DNA of 64,000 nt from contig JAFTPV010000013.1 of the NCBI GenBank assembly GCA_017463125.1, forward strand, positions 79,926 to 143,925, read 5' to 3'. This DNA comes from Clostridia bacterium. GTDB lineage: Bacteria > Bacillota > Clostridia > Oscillospirales > CAG-272. Position numbers and translations under genes: made by a program. The notes under the pieces were generated by a model. The model was not told where the DNA came from, ran no database searches, and was given only the letters and a program-made list of their open reading frames with translations. Shown here in pieces: positions 26,859 to 35,118 of the stretch (the stretch's first letter is position 1; each line of letters begins with the position of its first letter).

Positions 26859-28019
26859 TTATTCCGTTTCTTCCTCGTCAATTCCGTGGAATTGTTCATA
26901 CGTACCGATTTCAGCAAAATCAACCGAGTAATCCAGATCTCCGTGCTTTGTGAAAATAACACTGTCTATGCCGAAACGCTCGAGCATTTCATAAGTAACC
27001 AAAGTTCTCTCGGGAAGCTCAAACACATTTCTAAGGAGCCATTCACCGAGAATCTTGTTAGGATTACTCATTATCGCCTTATTATCTTGCTGACATACCT
27101 TAGCGGGAATCACTGTTCCGTCAGGCATTCTAAGATCGAAAACGGTATCGCGGTCTGGGAAGAATCCGCGCGTTCTTTCTCTGTCTTCAGCCGGATACGG
27201 AATGTAAACTTCATCGGGATGCCTTTTGCGTCCTCCTGCATTCCACTGGTTCAAACCGCTTTTTTCTGCAACGAACTTAGTACCGTCAGATTTGGTAGAA
27301 TACAGACGCAGGCAAACCTGATTTTCTTTAGGAACTACGGGCTGCGGTATGACCTGCTCAGCAACAGTTTCTGCGCTGACTCCGGGCATAAGATTCATCA
27401 AACACGTGTATGGATCGTCCATAATCTCAACATTGAAATTATCGAGCAATTCCATATCCTCAAATATCATATAAAGTGTATTCTTGGATGTGCTGAAGTG
27501 ATAGGTATGGCGGCCGTCAGTGAAATATGTGTTGTTCACGTTTCCGCGGTTTGTTATCAAGGAAATGTTTTCAATATCAATGTAATCGAAAGCACACTCG
27601 AGAACCTGCATCGCACCTGGAACTCTTTTGATGACATGGTAGATCATATCATCAATACCGTTCAAATTCTTGGTAACTCTGATTCTTTCGTTTCTATACT
27701 CTGCAATCTTCTTAACAAGTTCCAAGCCGGCAAGGCCTGCAAATGTTTCGCGAAGCTTTCCAAACTCAGCTACTTTCTGATCGTCCTGCCCTGTCCATGT
27801 TTTCAGACCTATTCCTATACGGTTTTTCTTGGCATCTGCAGAGCAATCAAGCCTTGCAAGATTCTCCGCTTCGAAGTATTTGCAAAAGATATTTTCATGC
27901 GCTCTGTAAGCCAAATACGGACAGTCGCTTTCGGAAAACAACTGCGTCAGACTTCCTACAATAGAGAGCATCTTCTTATAATTTTCTCTTTGGATTTGAG
28001 GCTGTAATTCGTAAAACAT
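26859..28019 (-). CDS. putative type II restriction endonuclease (386 aa)
   Basis: Convergent with the HTH-MTase gene and last gene of the C-protein/vsr operon. Possible '..D..IGIGLKT' nuclease core. No confident family assignment. Confidence 0.5.
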   Translation of the reverse strand: MFYELQPQIQRENYKKMLSIVGSLTQLFSESDCPYLAYRAHENIFCKYFEAENLARLDCSADAKKNRIGIGLKTWTGQDDQKVAEFGKLRETFAGLAGLELVKKIAEYRNERIRVTKNLNGIDDMIYHVIKRVPGAMQVLECAFDYIDIENISLITNRGNVNNTYFTDGRHTYHFSTSKNTLYMIFEDMELLDNFNVEIMDDPYTCLMNLMPGVSAETVAEQVIPQPVVPKENQVCLRLYSTKSDGTKFVAEKSGLNQWNAGGRKRHPDEVYIPYPAEDRERTRGFFPDRDTVFDLRMPDGTVIPAKVCQQDNKAIMSNPNKILGEWLLRNVFELPERTLVTYEMLERFGIDSVIFTKHGDLDYSVDFAEIGTYEQFHGIDEEETE

Positions 28020-28034
28020 ATTCTTCCTGCCTAA

Positions 28035-28913
28035 CTAAAAATATTTTCTTAAAGAGTTAATATCCCGCATATCTCCCGCCTGAACATAATAATTGTCAGC
28101 GTCCATTCTGACTCTGCCGTTCAGCATTGCGTTTTGGGGGATAATATATTGATTTTCAATAATATACCTTAGATCATCTCTTGTAATATATCCAACGCAA
28201 TTATACGTCCACTGACGGCTCATAACCAGCTCTTTCAAATAAGAATAATCCGTTATGTCCTGGTTTAGCAATCTGGCATCGCGCAAAATATCTTCGCAGC
28301 TAGGATCTAATCGGACAAAAATAACAATGTCATATATTCCGTTACCAAAATCTTTGTTCGGAATGTATACAGCATTCTCGTCCCAGTCATTTGCTTCTAA
28401 AAGCAAAAGCTGCCCGAACCGTTTTGTAGACTTAATAGATATCTCGTAACCGTTTACGGAAAGATCTGCTGAATCCCATTTTCCTAGATCATATGTGGCA
28501 AAATCCGGCGATACATCATATCCGAGGCCGTGAAACAGATTGCTTACTGCACACTCCGCCAGTTTCCCTTGAAATGTATTTGCAAAGATTTCTCCGTTTC
28601 TGCGTGAATGTGTTCCTCCGCTTCGGTGGTCTCTGTGAGCACCCGCTCTTCCGAAGGTCATTTTATAAGCAAATTCAAAAACAGTTTCAACCGTTTCTGT
28701 TTTAAATGATCTGTCTGCACAGTACGGCACTTTGCGCGTGGTGTAATAGCTGTTTCCCTCGCGCCGCAAATATTCAAAATTGACATCGCATGCACCGTAC
28801 GGGGCAACAGGGTAATTTCTCTCTTTACGCTCTGTGCCAGTTACTGTCCGACGCGTTGTATCTTTATTTATAAATGCATCAATGGCATCAATTATTTTCT
28901 TCCAAAAGCTCAT
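28035..28913 (-). CDS. hypothetical protein, possible second nuclease/subunit of the R-M locus (292 aa)
   Basis: 'DSADLSVNGYEISIKSTK' is (D/E)xK-like. It overlaps the vsr stop by 4 nt (ATGA) and ends 15 nt upstream of the next ORF. Confidence 0.4.
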   Translation of the reverse strand: MSFWKKIIDAIDAFINKDTTRRTVTGTERKERNYPVAPYGACDVNFEYLRREGNSYYTTRKVPYCADRSFKTETVETVFEFAYKMTFGRAGAHRDHRSGGTHSRRNGEIFANTFQGKLAECAVSNLFHGLGYDVSPDFATYDLGKWDSADLSVNGYEISIKSTKRFGQLLLLEANDWDENAVYIPNKDFGNGIYDIVIFVRLDPSCEDILRDARLLNQDITDYSYLKELVMSRQWTYNCVGYITRDDLRYIIENQYIIPQNAMLNGRVRMDADNYYVQAGDMRDINSLRKYF

Positions 28914-29332
28914 AGCGCTCCCTGTTTTGCAATAGCGTCTAGTATTGTCTGTATGCAGCCACCCGTATTTTTACGTATTTCTTTTTCCCAAAAGCGTAAA
29001 ACCGTCCAACCGTCTTTAGTTAGTTGTTCGGTTACCTCTTGATCCCGTTCTATGTTCCTCAGAATTTTCTGTTTCCAGTAAGCAGCATTTGTACCTATCC
29101 TGTCAGTACTTTCATGATAGTTTTTTCCGTGCCAAAACTCACTGTCACAGAAAACGGCAATTTTATATTTGGTCAAAGCTATATCGGGTTTTCCGATTAG
29201 TTTTTTATAATTTTTTCTATATCGGTATCCGCGAGACCATAATTCTTTGCGAAGGATAATTTCTATTTCAGTATCCTTGCTTTTTATGGCCTGCATGTTC
29301 TTTTTTCTCTGTTCAGGTGTATGATTGTCCAT
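28910..29332 (-). CDS. vsr: very short patch repair endonuclease
   Basis: 'TPEQRKKNMQAIKSKDTEIE..LR..LWSRGYRYR...GKPDIAL...AVFCDSEFWHG' is the typical Vsr pattern. Confidence 0.88.
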   Translation of the reverse strand: MDNHTPEQRKKNMQAIKSKDTEIEIILRKELWSRGYRYRKNYKKLIGKPDIALTKYKIAVFCDSEFWHGKNYHESTDRIGTNAAYWKQKILRNIERDQEVTEQLTKDGWTVLRFWEKEIRKNTGGCIQTILDAIAKQGAL

Positions 29333-29338
29333 AAAAAG

Positions 29339-29554
29339 TCAATTTTTAGTGTCAGGAACAATTTCCATTATATCATTAACCGTACAGTCCAAAGCGGTGC
29401 AGATTTTCACCAATACATCACTGGAAATAGTTGCACCGTCTCTCTTCATCTTAGCAAGCGTTGCCGGACTGATCCCCGCTTTTTCAGCAAGATCTTTGCT
29501 TTTCATTTCACGGTCTATCAGCATTTTGAATAGCTTCTTATAGCTTGCAGCCAT
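29339..29554 (-). CDS. XRE/Cro-type HTH regulator (candidate R-M controller protein)
   Basis: 'MKSKDLAEKAGISPATLAKMKRDGATISSDVLVKICTALDCTVNDIM'. ATG 29554 is preferred because of the GAGGTGG SD. It lies directly upstream of vsr. Confidence 0.8.
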   Translation of the reverse strand: MAASYKKLFKMLIDREMKSKDLAEKAGISPATLAKMKRDGATISSDVLVKICTALDCTVNDIMEIVPDTKN

Positions 29555-29718
29555 TTTCCACCTCATAAAAATAAATATTTTTATACATTTAACATTGTAC
29601 CACTTTTATTAATAAAAATCAAGTAGGGGGTCTAAAAGAAATTACAAGAGCGTTGATTTTTTTACAAAATCATACATTTATCGCTTATAAAAACAAGGGG
29701 ATGTTTTTCCCCTTGCTT

Positions 29719-30834
29719 TTACCTTATAGTTATTTTTCTGCAATTCAACTTGTGATTCAATGCAAACCGCATCTCATTCTCATCGCAAAACAGTATTTTA
29801 GTTCCATCCTCACAAAAAACCGAATTAAATTGCTGAAACACAAATTTCGGCAAGACATTAATTTTTACTGTTGCTTTACTAACGGTATTTCTAGTTAGAT
29901 ACGTCTCTTTGACATGGACGCAAGATCTCACTCGGTAGTATGAGCAAAACAATGCATCCTCTGCATCGTATATTTTAGAGCTTCCCATAATAACTGAAAG
30001 ATATTGATCAGGAATTCCTGAGCCGTATTTCTCACCGAAACGTACTTTTGTCCTATCAAAAGTTTCTTGATCCATATAATATTTGCTTTTGACCAAGAAT
30101 AGCGCAGTTTTTGGCGAGATAGGAACATATGAATACAAAAAGTCGGAATCCATAGTGTTTTCTATAATGCAAAATCTATCTGAAATACAAAGCATGGGAG
30201 AGTCGGCTCTTCCTATAGCAATATGCAATCCCACGGTATATGTCGAATATACGTATTGCGGATCAATCATCCAATGCGAAATTTGCGATTCTATATTTTC
30301 ATCTAAAGAAAGTATCTTTTCAAAATCCCGCATTATTTGTTTAGTTATGCCGACAGCCTGGTCCTGACTTTCCGCGCGGTGCAATCCCCACAAATAATTA
30401 TTGCTTTGATAAATGCCCGACTCGTCTTCTTTTATGACCTCGCTTGTAAAACTATGCCTGCTTCCGCACAGGACACAATATAACTTTAGCAATTCCAGCT
30501 CTTTGCCTGTAAGAACAACCTCCGACTCAGCTTCATCAATTTTCAATATAATCGGTGCAATATATGTTTCGAATCTCGAAATCCTATCTTCCAATTCGCT
30601 GTTTTCTTCGCCCAAAGAGTAATAGTATTTCAATGTGTAATCTTTAGAACTATCCCATTTCCTTATATTTTCGATTTCCTTGTCGTATATCTTTCCTCCG
30701 GAGTTGATCCATTTCTTGATATGAAACTTCGGATATAAGTGATTGTTCTTTTTAGGCCTATGTTTTGTCATATAATAAAGTCCTTCTATTAGCACGGTTT
30801 GATTTATTATATCATAAATTTTTAGTGCTTTCAA
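29719..30834 (-). CDS. DUF4238-like protein (candidate single-gene defence protein)
   Basis: The N-terminal 'NHLYPKFHIKKW' resembles the DUF4238 'HyvPqfyLknF' signature. The true start may be the Met at about 30771 (MTKHRPKK). Confidence 0.45.
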   Translation of the reverse strand: MKALKIYDIINQTVLIEGLYYMTKHRPKKNNHLYPKFHIKKWINSGGKIYDKEIENIRKWDSSKDYTLKYYYSLGEENSELEDRISRFETYIAPIILKIDEAESEVVLTGKELELLKLYCVLCGSRHSFTSEVIKEDESGIYQSNNYLWGLHRAESQDQAVGITKQIMRDFEKILSLDENIESQISHWMIDPQYVYSTYTVGLHIAIGRADSPMLCISDRFCIIENTMDSDFLYSYVPISPKTALFLVKSKYYMDQETFDRTKVRFGEKYGSGIPDQYLSVIMGSSKIYDAEDALFCSYYRVRSCVHVKETYLTRNTVSKATVKINVLPKFVFQQFNSVFCEDGTKILFCDENEMRFALNHKLNCRKITIR

Positions 30835-30856
30835 TTATTTCGAATTAATTTTATCC

Positions 30857-30881
30857 TTTTATTTGCTTACTGCGTATCAAA
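30857..30881 (+). repeat. 25-bp direct repeat, right copy (candidate attR of the inner element): TTTTATTTGCTTACTGCGTATCAAA
   Basis: 24/25 identical to 7964-7988. Confidence 0.6.
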
Positions 30882-31194
30882 TTTTGCACCTTAAGGCAGA
30901 AGCACTTTTTATATTTTCAGCACCGATATGCTTTTTGTACCGTTTGGATATTATGAAAAGGTAAAGCCGATGGGGATTTGAGTGATTCCTCATCGGCTGT
31001 TTTCTTTGTATATAGCGGCGTAAATTTTGAAAAATATTATTGGGAAAAGACTTGATTTTTTATGGATTCAGAGCTACAATATAGCAAACTCGAGTGAATA
31101 TTATGTTTTCTTTTGTTTACATTTTAATGTTCGTTCGTTTGGTGTATTAGCACAAAATTCTCCGCCATTATTCGTTATATTTGAGTTTAGAAAA

Positions 31195-31218
31195 CGACCA
31201 CAATAAACGACCACAGTT
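31195..31218 (+). repeat. tandem GACCACA half-sites (CGACCACAATAAACGACCACAGTT), right copy
   Basis: Matches 5139-5161. It lies about 112 nt inside the degenerate tRNA fragment. Confidence 0.6.
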
Positions 31219-31329
31219 ATGCTTGGATTACTTGGATTTAAGAGCATACCGTGCGAAATTCAGCAGAGTTTTCCTACACAAAAGCACCGAAAAGCACTAA
31301 ATTATAATGTAAACAATTGTTTACCCGCG

Positions 31330-31374
31330 TTGGGGTGATAGAGACCGCAAGTTCAATTGTTGTCGTTTGGAGCA
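31330..31374 (+). repeat. degenerate copy of the tRNA-Pro 3' half (candidate outer attR / relic att site)
   Basis: TTGGGGTGATAGAGACCGCAAGTTCAATTGTTGTCGTTTGGAGCA against tRNA 4995-5039: 36/45 identical by hand alignment. No 5' half is present, so it is not a functional tRNA. Confidence 0.65.
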
Positions 31375-31721
31375 TATCGAGTGTTCATAACAGATTAAAG
31401 TTATGGGGGCTCGGTGTTTTTTGCTTGTTCCAGATTTTGCCACGAATTTGGGATTTACCATAACGATATATGTAGAAATTCGTCCACCAAAAAGATTATA
31501 TGTTTAATAAAAAATCATATTCGAGGCCGTGCTTGCACATCTTTAGCTGTGTGCCATTAGCATATAATGCAAGTCCTATGCAACAAACAAATCTTCTTTC
31601 ATCGCGACCTCCGACTTCCTTACCGAGAATATCGGATCATATATTAATTCTTCGTGAGAATTATTTTTAATTTCTCGATTTGTGTAATACACTTCTTACG
31701 AAAGAAGCATCTTTCTTGTGA

Positions 31722-31904
31722 TTACAGTATTAAACTCAATTGTGCATTTGTAAAGAAACTGTTCTTCATAAAGATTTCACGGATCTCTCGTTCTGAAATA
31801 AAACGATTTTCTTTATCACAATAACAGACGAGTTTTTTATCATTATCACATGCGAAATTGTGCAAAATAAACTGTGGAATATGACTTATTGGTTCTTTTG
31901 GCAT
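31722..31904 (-). pseudogene. N-terminal fragment of a DUF4238-family gene
   Basis: The 60-aa ORF starts 'MPKEPISHIPQFILHNF', the DUF4238 N-terminal signature, and stops early. Downstream sequence (about 31440-31721) has no continuous frame. Confidence 0.5.
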
Positions 31905-31922
31905 AATTTTACTCTCCCAATG

Positions 31923-32666
31923 TTAATCACTCGTTTTATTTTTCATCGAAAGTGCAAGATACAGAGCGTACGAGGCGGTTATCATGGTAAGGAAGAGTGC
32001 GGTGAGTATACGCATCTCGTCAGTCACATTTGCTTCATTGGCAAATACGCCGAGCGCATTGAAAACGCCGTGAGCGGCAATGCAGATGAGCAGACTTTTT
32101 GATTTGTAGTACATCATCACGAACATAAAACCTGCGGCGGTGGCATATACCACCTGGAGCAGATTGGGTAGAAGTTCGGTGCCCGAGCCGTTAATCAGAT
32201 TGATGATATGTCCGATGCCGAAGGTCACGCTTGAAACAATAATGGCAGCCTTTACGTTGTCTTTTCGCATAGCCTCAAAGAGAAGTCCCCGGAATATCAC
32301 TTCCTCAAGAAAGCCAACGCAAAGCATTGCCAAGATGTAGAGCGCGAACTCAAGCGCACCGTAATTTAATGTCGCACCATACCAAAGGTTTGCCGTGAGC
32401 ATTATAAAGATCGGCACATAGTACAGCATGGACTTGGCGGAAGCCTTAGGCGCGCAAAGACCGTAATCTAAAAAAAGTCCGTTTTTCTTCAAAAACAGTA
32501 AGAGCGTTGCCGAAAGGATAACTCCTATGGCAAGTGTTACTGATTTGTCTATGCCTATCCATGCGGACAGCGCATCACTCGCGGACATCAACACGCAATA
32601 GGCGATGATCCATGCGAGAGCAAACCATATTTCGCTCTTATCGTATAGCTTCTTCAAAACGTTCAT
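31923..32666 (-). CDS. CPBP-family intramembrane glutamic endopeptidase (CAAX protease-like)
   Basis: Multi-pass membrane ORF with 'GFLEEVIFRGLLF', 'FGIGH' and 'AAHGVFN' motifs. Confidence 0.85.
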   Translation of the reverse strand: MNVLKKLYDKSEIWFALAWIIAYCVLMSASDALSAWIGIDKSVTLAIGVILSATLLLFLKKNGLFLDYGLCAPKASAKSMLYYVPIFIMLTANLWYGATLNYGALEFALYILAMLCVGFLEEVIFRGLLFEAMRKDNVKAAIIVSSVTFGIGHIINLINGSGTELLPNLLQVVYATAAGFMFVMMYYKSKSLLICIAAHGVFNALGVFANEANVTDEMRILTALFLTMITASYALYLALSMKNKTSD

Positions 32667-32744
32667 TACTTAAATCTCCCGTTTCTACTTTTTACTTAAG
32701 AAAAGGTCTTTGCTTTTCTTCAAAGTTTTCGGTGCTTTTGATTA

Positions 32745-33209
32745 TTATTTTGCTTTCTTGATTTTCTGATAGAGTTTCTTCCGTCCCGCTGTTTTCGGCG
32801 AATGTCTTTTTGCCGAGAGGAATTTTTTGTTATGCTTGTTTGTGCAAGCATTAAGAGCTACGCCGGTCCACAATTCCGAAAAGTCATAGTATTCGTTAGT
32901 AGCTTTCATAATGGTGGTAGATGCCGCCATAGTTGCGGCAAAATTCCAGCAATATCCGTGCTTGTCCTGATCTTGCGCATAAACGATGTATTCATCTCTC
33001 ATGCAATACTGCGAGGGTAGCGGTTGGTCCTCTGCTGTGTCTATCAGCTCACCGCTCTGCGCGTAAACATAAAGTCCGTGAACCGTTGTAAATAAAAATG
33101 TGCTCAAAATCATAAATACGGTAAGCAAGCGAGCGGCTGATTTTGCTTTAATGAAAGGTGTTTTCTTCTTGGAATATGTATTTTCATTTTTATTATAGCT
33201 TGCAGCCAT
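32745..33209 (-). pseudogene. truncated papain-like (C1) peptidase-like ORF with N-terminal membrane anchor
   Basis: 'DKHGYCWNFAATMAA' resembles the catalytic-Cys region (CGSCWAF) of C1 peptidases. The ORF ends about 60 aa later in a Lys-rich tail, with no His/Asn region. Confidence 0.4.
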
Positions 33210-33369
33210 TTTGTTATCTCTTAATTCATATATAAAATTCAACATAATTTTATCTGCACGGAATATTTATTTTAATTATATCAAACTTTCATTACTATGT
33301 CAAACCAAATTTATTCATAACTTGTACGAAGCCACATACAATATACCAAAACTTAAACTTGGAGAGGTT

Positions 33370-33894
33370 ATGAAAAAATCTGTTGGTCTTTGGCAGCTTG
33401 TGGGGTTTTCCACAACGTCGTTTTTGGGTACGATGTTACACTTCTTATACGAGTGGCTTGATGAGTCTGTGTGGATAGCGCCCTTTTCGGGAGTTAATGA
33501 GTCTACGTGGGAGCATATGAAGCTGCTGTTTTGGCCGATGCTGATATTTGCTGTTGTGCAGAGCTTTTTCTTTCGTGAAAGAGATGACTTTTGGTGCGTG
33601 AAAACAAGAGGTATTCTTCTTGGGCTTTTGTTAATTCCGCTGCTCTTTTATACATATAACGGTGTTATTGGTAAATCGCCCGATTGGCTTAATATTGCTA
33701 TTTTCTTTGTTTCGGCAGCGGTCGCATACATTTACGAAGCACGGCTCTTTAATTCCGAAAAAGTGATTTGTAAGTCCTCTAAATTGGCTCTCGCAGTGAT
33801 ATGTGTGATTGCTCTGCTATTTATTGTATTTACCTTTGTAACTCCCGAGATTGACATATTCAAAGATCCCCTGACAGACACTTACGGCATTTAA
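33370..33894 (+). CDS. integral membrane protein (DUF6512-like)
   Basis: SD GGAGAGG precedes ATG 33370. 'HFLYEWL...FSGVNESTWEHMKLLFWP' and several hydrophobic segments. Confidence 0.6.
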   Translation: MKKSVGLWQLVGFSTTSFLGTMLHFLYEWLDESVWIAPFSGVNESTWEHMKLLFWPMLIFAVVQSFFFRERDDFWCVKTRGILLGLLLIPLLFYTYNGVIGKSPDWLNIAIFFVSAAVAYIYEARLFNSEKVICKSSKLALAVICVIALLFIVFTFVTPEIDIFKDPLTDTYGI

Positions 33895-34001
33895 TCTGAG
33901 TCCTCTGCCATACAAAGCGACCGGCCTTGAAACCGCATAGCTACGATACGGTTGGTTCAAACAATTCCCTTCTGACATATCCTGTAAAGAGGTGATATGC
34001 A

Positions 34002-34181
34002 ATGAATTCTTTAGAACTGACGTCTGCCATAACCGTATTGGCAAATGCTATCGCGTGCAATCTGACGTCGAGCGAGCTTGCTTTGGTTGCGAGCCTGTTT
34101 GTTCAGATTGGTGATAGTCTTGCGACAATTGGGGCTCAGAGAGCCTTGCGCGAGGAACGAAGGTTAGAAGATAGCCGATGA
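34002..34181 (+). CDS. 59-aa small conserved-looking protein (below ORF-track cutoff)
   Basis: SD AAAGAGGTGA precedes the ATG at 34002-34004. Product 'MNSLELTSAITVLANAIACNLTSSELALVASLFVQIGDSLATIGAQRALREERRLEDSR'. The stop is embedded in a terminator hairpin. Confidence 0.5.
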   Translation: MNSLELTSAITVLANAIACNLTSSELALVASLFVQIGDSLATIGAQRALREERRLEDSR

Positions 34182-34214
34182 GGTTTCGTAAGATTCCTCA
34201 TCGGCTGTTTTTTA
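34172..34214 (+). terminator. rho-independent terminator (AGCCGATGAGG..CCTCATCGGCT plus T-run)
   Basis: An inverted repeat followed by TGTTTTTT. A paralogous hairpin lies at 30964-31005. Confidence 0.6.
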
Positions 34215-34231
34215 GTTAGAATTTTTTCTAT

Positions 34232-34666
34232 TTATGGATTCTGTTGTTTCTTCTTCAGCATTTCATTGAGCTTTGCCGTATTCCTTTTTATTATAGAATA
34301 AATGATAGCCCAAATTACTATATAGCCAACAATAAAAATCACCGAGAATACGATAACAGGTATTATGCCCAACTCAAGCCAATCGTTTATTAGATAAGTA
34401 CAGAGGTAGCTGATATATAAAACGCTGCCGTGAATCAAGATTGCTACCATAAGCGGCAAGCGTTCAATTTGATAGATAGCATTCATACCGCCCGCAATAA
34501 AGGCAAGCGCGGAGAGCGAAAATATACCGATGCATACTTGATTGACTGTTAAGGTATCTACGGCAGCAGACTGTTGTAAAATCAGATAGACGATTGCCAA
34601 AATAATCGGTCCGATACCCGAGGCAATCAAACCGCGACGCAAAAACTCCATAACAAACCTTTTCAT
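34232..34666 (-). CDS. DUF3021-like membrane protein
   Basis: Four hydrophobic segments. It overlaps the upstream LytTR gene by 4 nt, the usual LytTR-DUF3021 pairing. Confidence 0.6.
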   Translation of the reverse strand: MKRFVMEFLRRGLIASGIGPIILAIVYLILQQSAAVDTLTVNQVCIGIFSLSALAFIAGGMNAIYQIERLPLMVAILIHGSVLYISYLCTYLINDWLELGIIPVIVFSVIFIVGYIVIWAIIYSIIKRNTAKLNEMLKKKQQNP

Positions 34667-35106
34667 ATTCCCTCATACCTCCTTCTGATTTCTGAAAAGC
34701 ATCGTCTTGAAACATACTCCTTATATCCGCAATGAAACACGGCATCCACGCCGCCGCTGAACACTGCATCAAAGCGAAGAATGCGATGTTCATTGGCAAG
34801 GGTAGATTTGTTAATGCGAATAAAATAAGAGGGCATAATATCCTCTAAATCACGAAGCCTGTTTTTAAGCGAATAGTGATTGCCTTCCGTATCAATGGCA
34901 ATTACTTTTCTGTTAAGAACGGTGATACATTCGATTTCCCCAAATGCCAGCTTTCTAATCTCGTCATCTCTATATCCAATAATGCTGTCCGCGCCCGAAA
35001 AGCTACATACAAGATTTTCTATTTTCTCGGTCAGATAGGAAGGTGCGTGGACTACTGCAATTATTTCTTCTTCTGCATCCTTGTCAATAATAAGTTTGTA
35101 TTTCAT
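34663..35106 (-). CDS. LytTR-family DNA-binding protein
   Basis: 'FIRINKSTLANEHRILRFD' is a LytTR-type C-terminal pattern. Confidence 0.8.
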   Translation of the reverse strand: MKYKLIIDKDAEEEIIAVVHAPSYLTEKIENLVCSFSGADSIIGYRDDEIRKLAFGEIECITVLNRKVIAIDTEGNHYSLKNRLRDLEDIMPSYFIRINKSTLANEHRILRFDAVFSGGVDAVFHCGYKEYVSRRCFSEIRRRYEGI

Positions 35107-35118
35107 CTTCTAAAATCC

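Larger units (their letters stand above)
7964..30881. mobile_element. integrative mobilizable element (about 22.9 kb): two tyrosine recombinases, relaxase, MobC-like, Xis, wHTH and RdRP-like polymerase, plus defence cargo
   Basis: Bounded by the 25-bp direct repeat. The integrase pair sits next to the left repeat. A relaxase is present, but I recognised no type IV secretion genes. Confidence 0.6.
5040..31374. mobile_element. composite genomic island integrated at the 3' end of tRNA-Pro (outer boundary set)
   Basis: The tRNA-Pro 3' half (4995-5039) recurs as a degenerate copy at 31330-31374 (36/45 by my hand alignment). Paired GACCACAAT arm-like repeats lie about 100 bp inside both ends. The interior is AT-rich and holds integrase, mobilisation and defence genes. 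Confidence 0.6.

Noticed and set aside
34464-34799. A 111-aa ORF spanning the LytTR/DUF3021 gene junction.
   Set aside because: It overlaps two well-supported, translationally coupled genes in another frame, and it has no motif or SD support.
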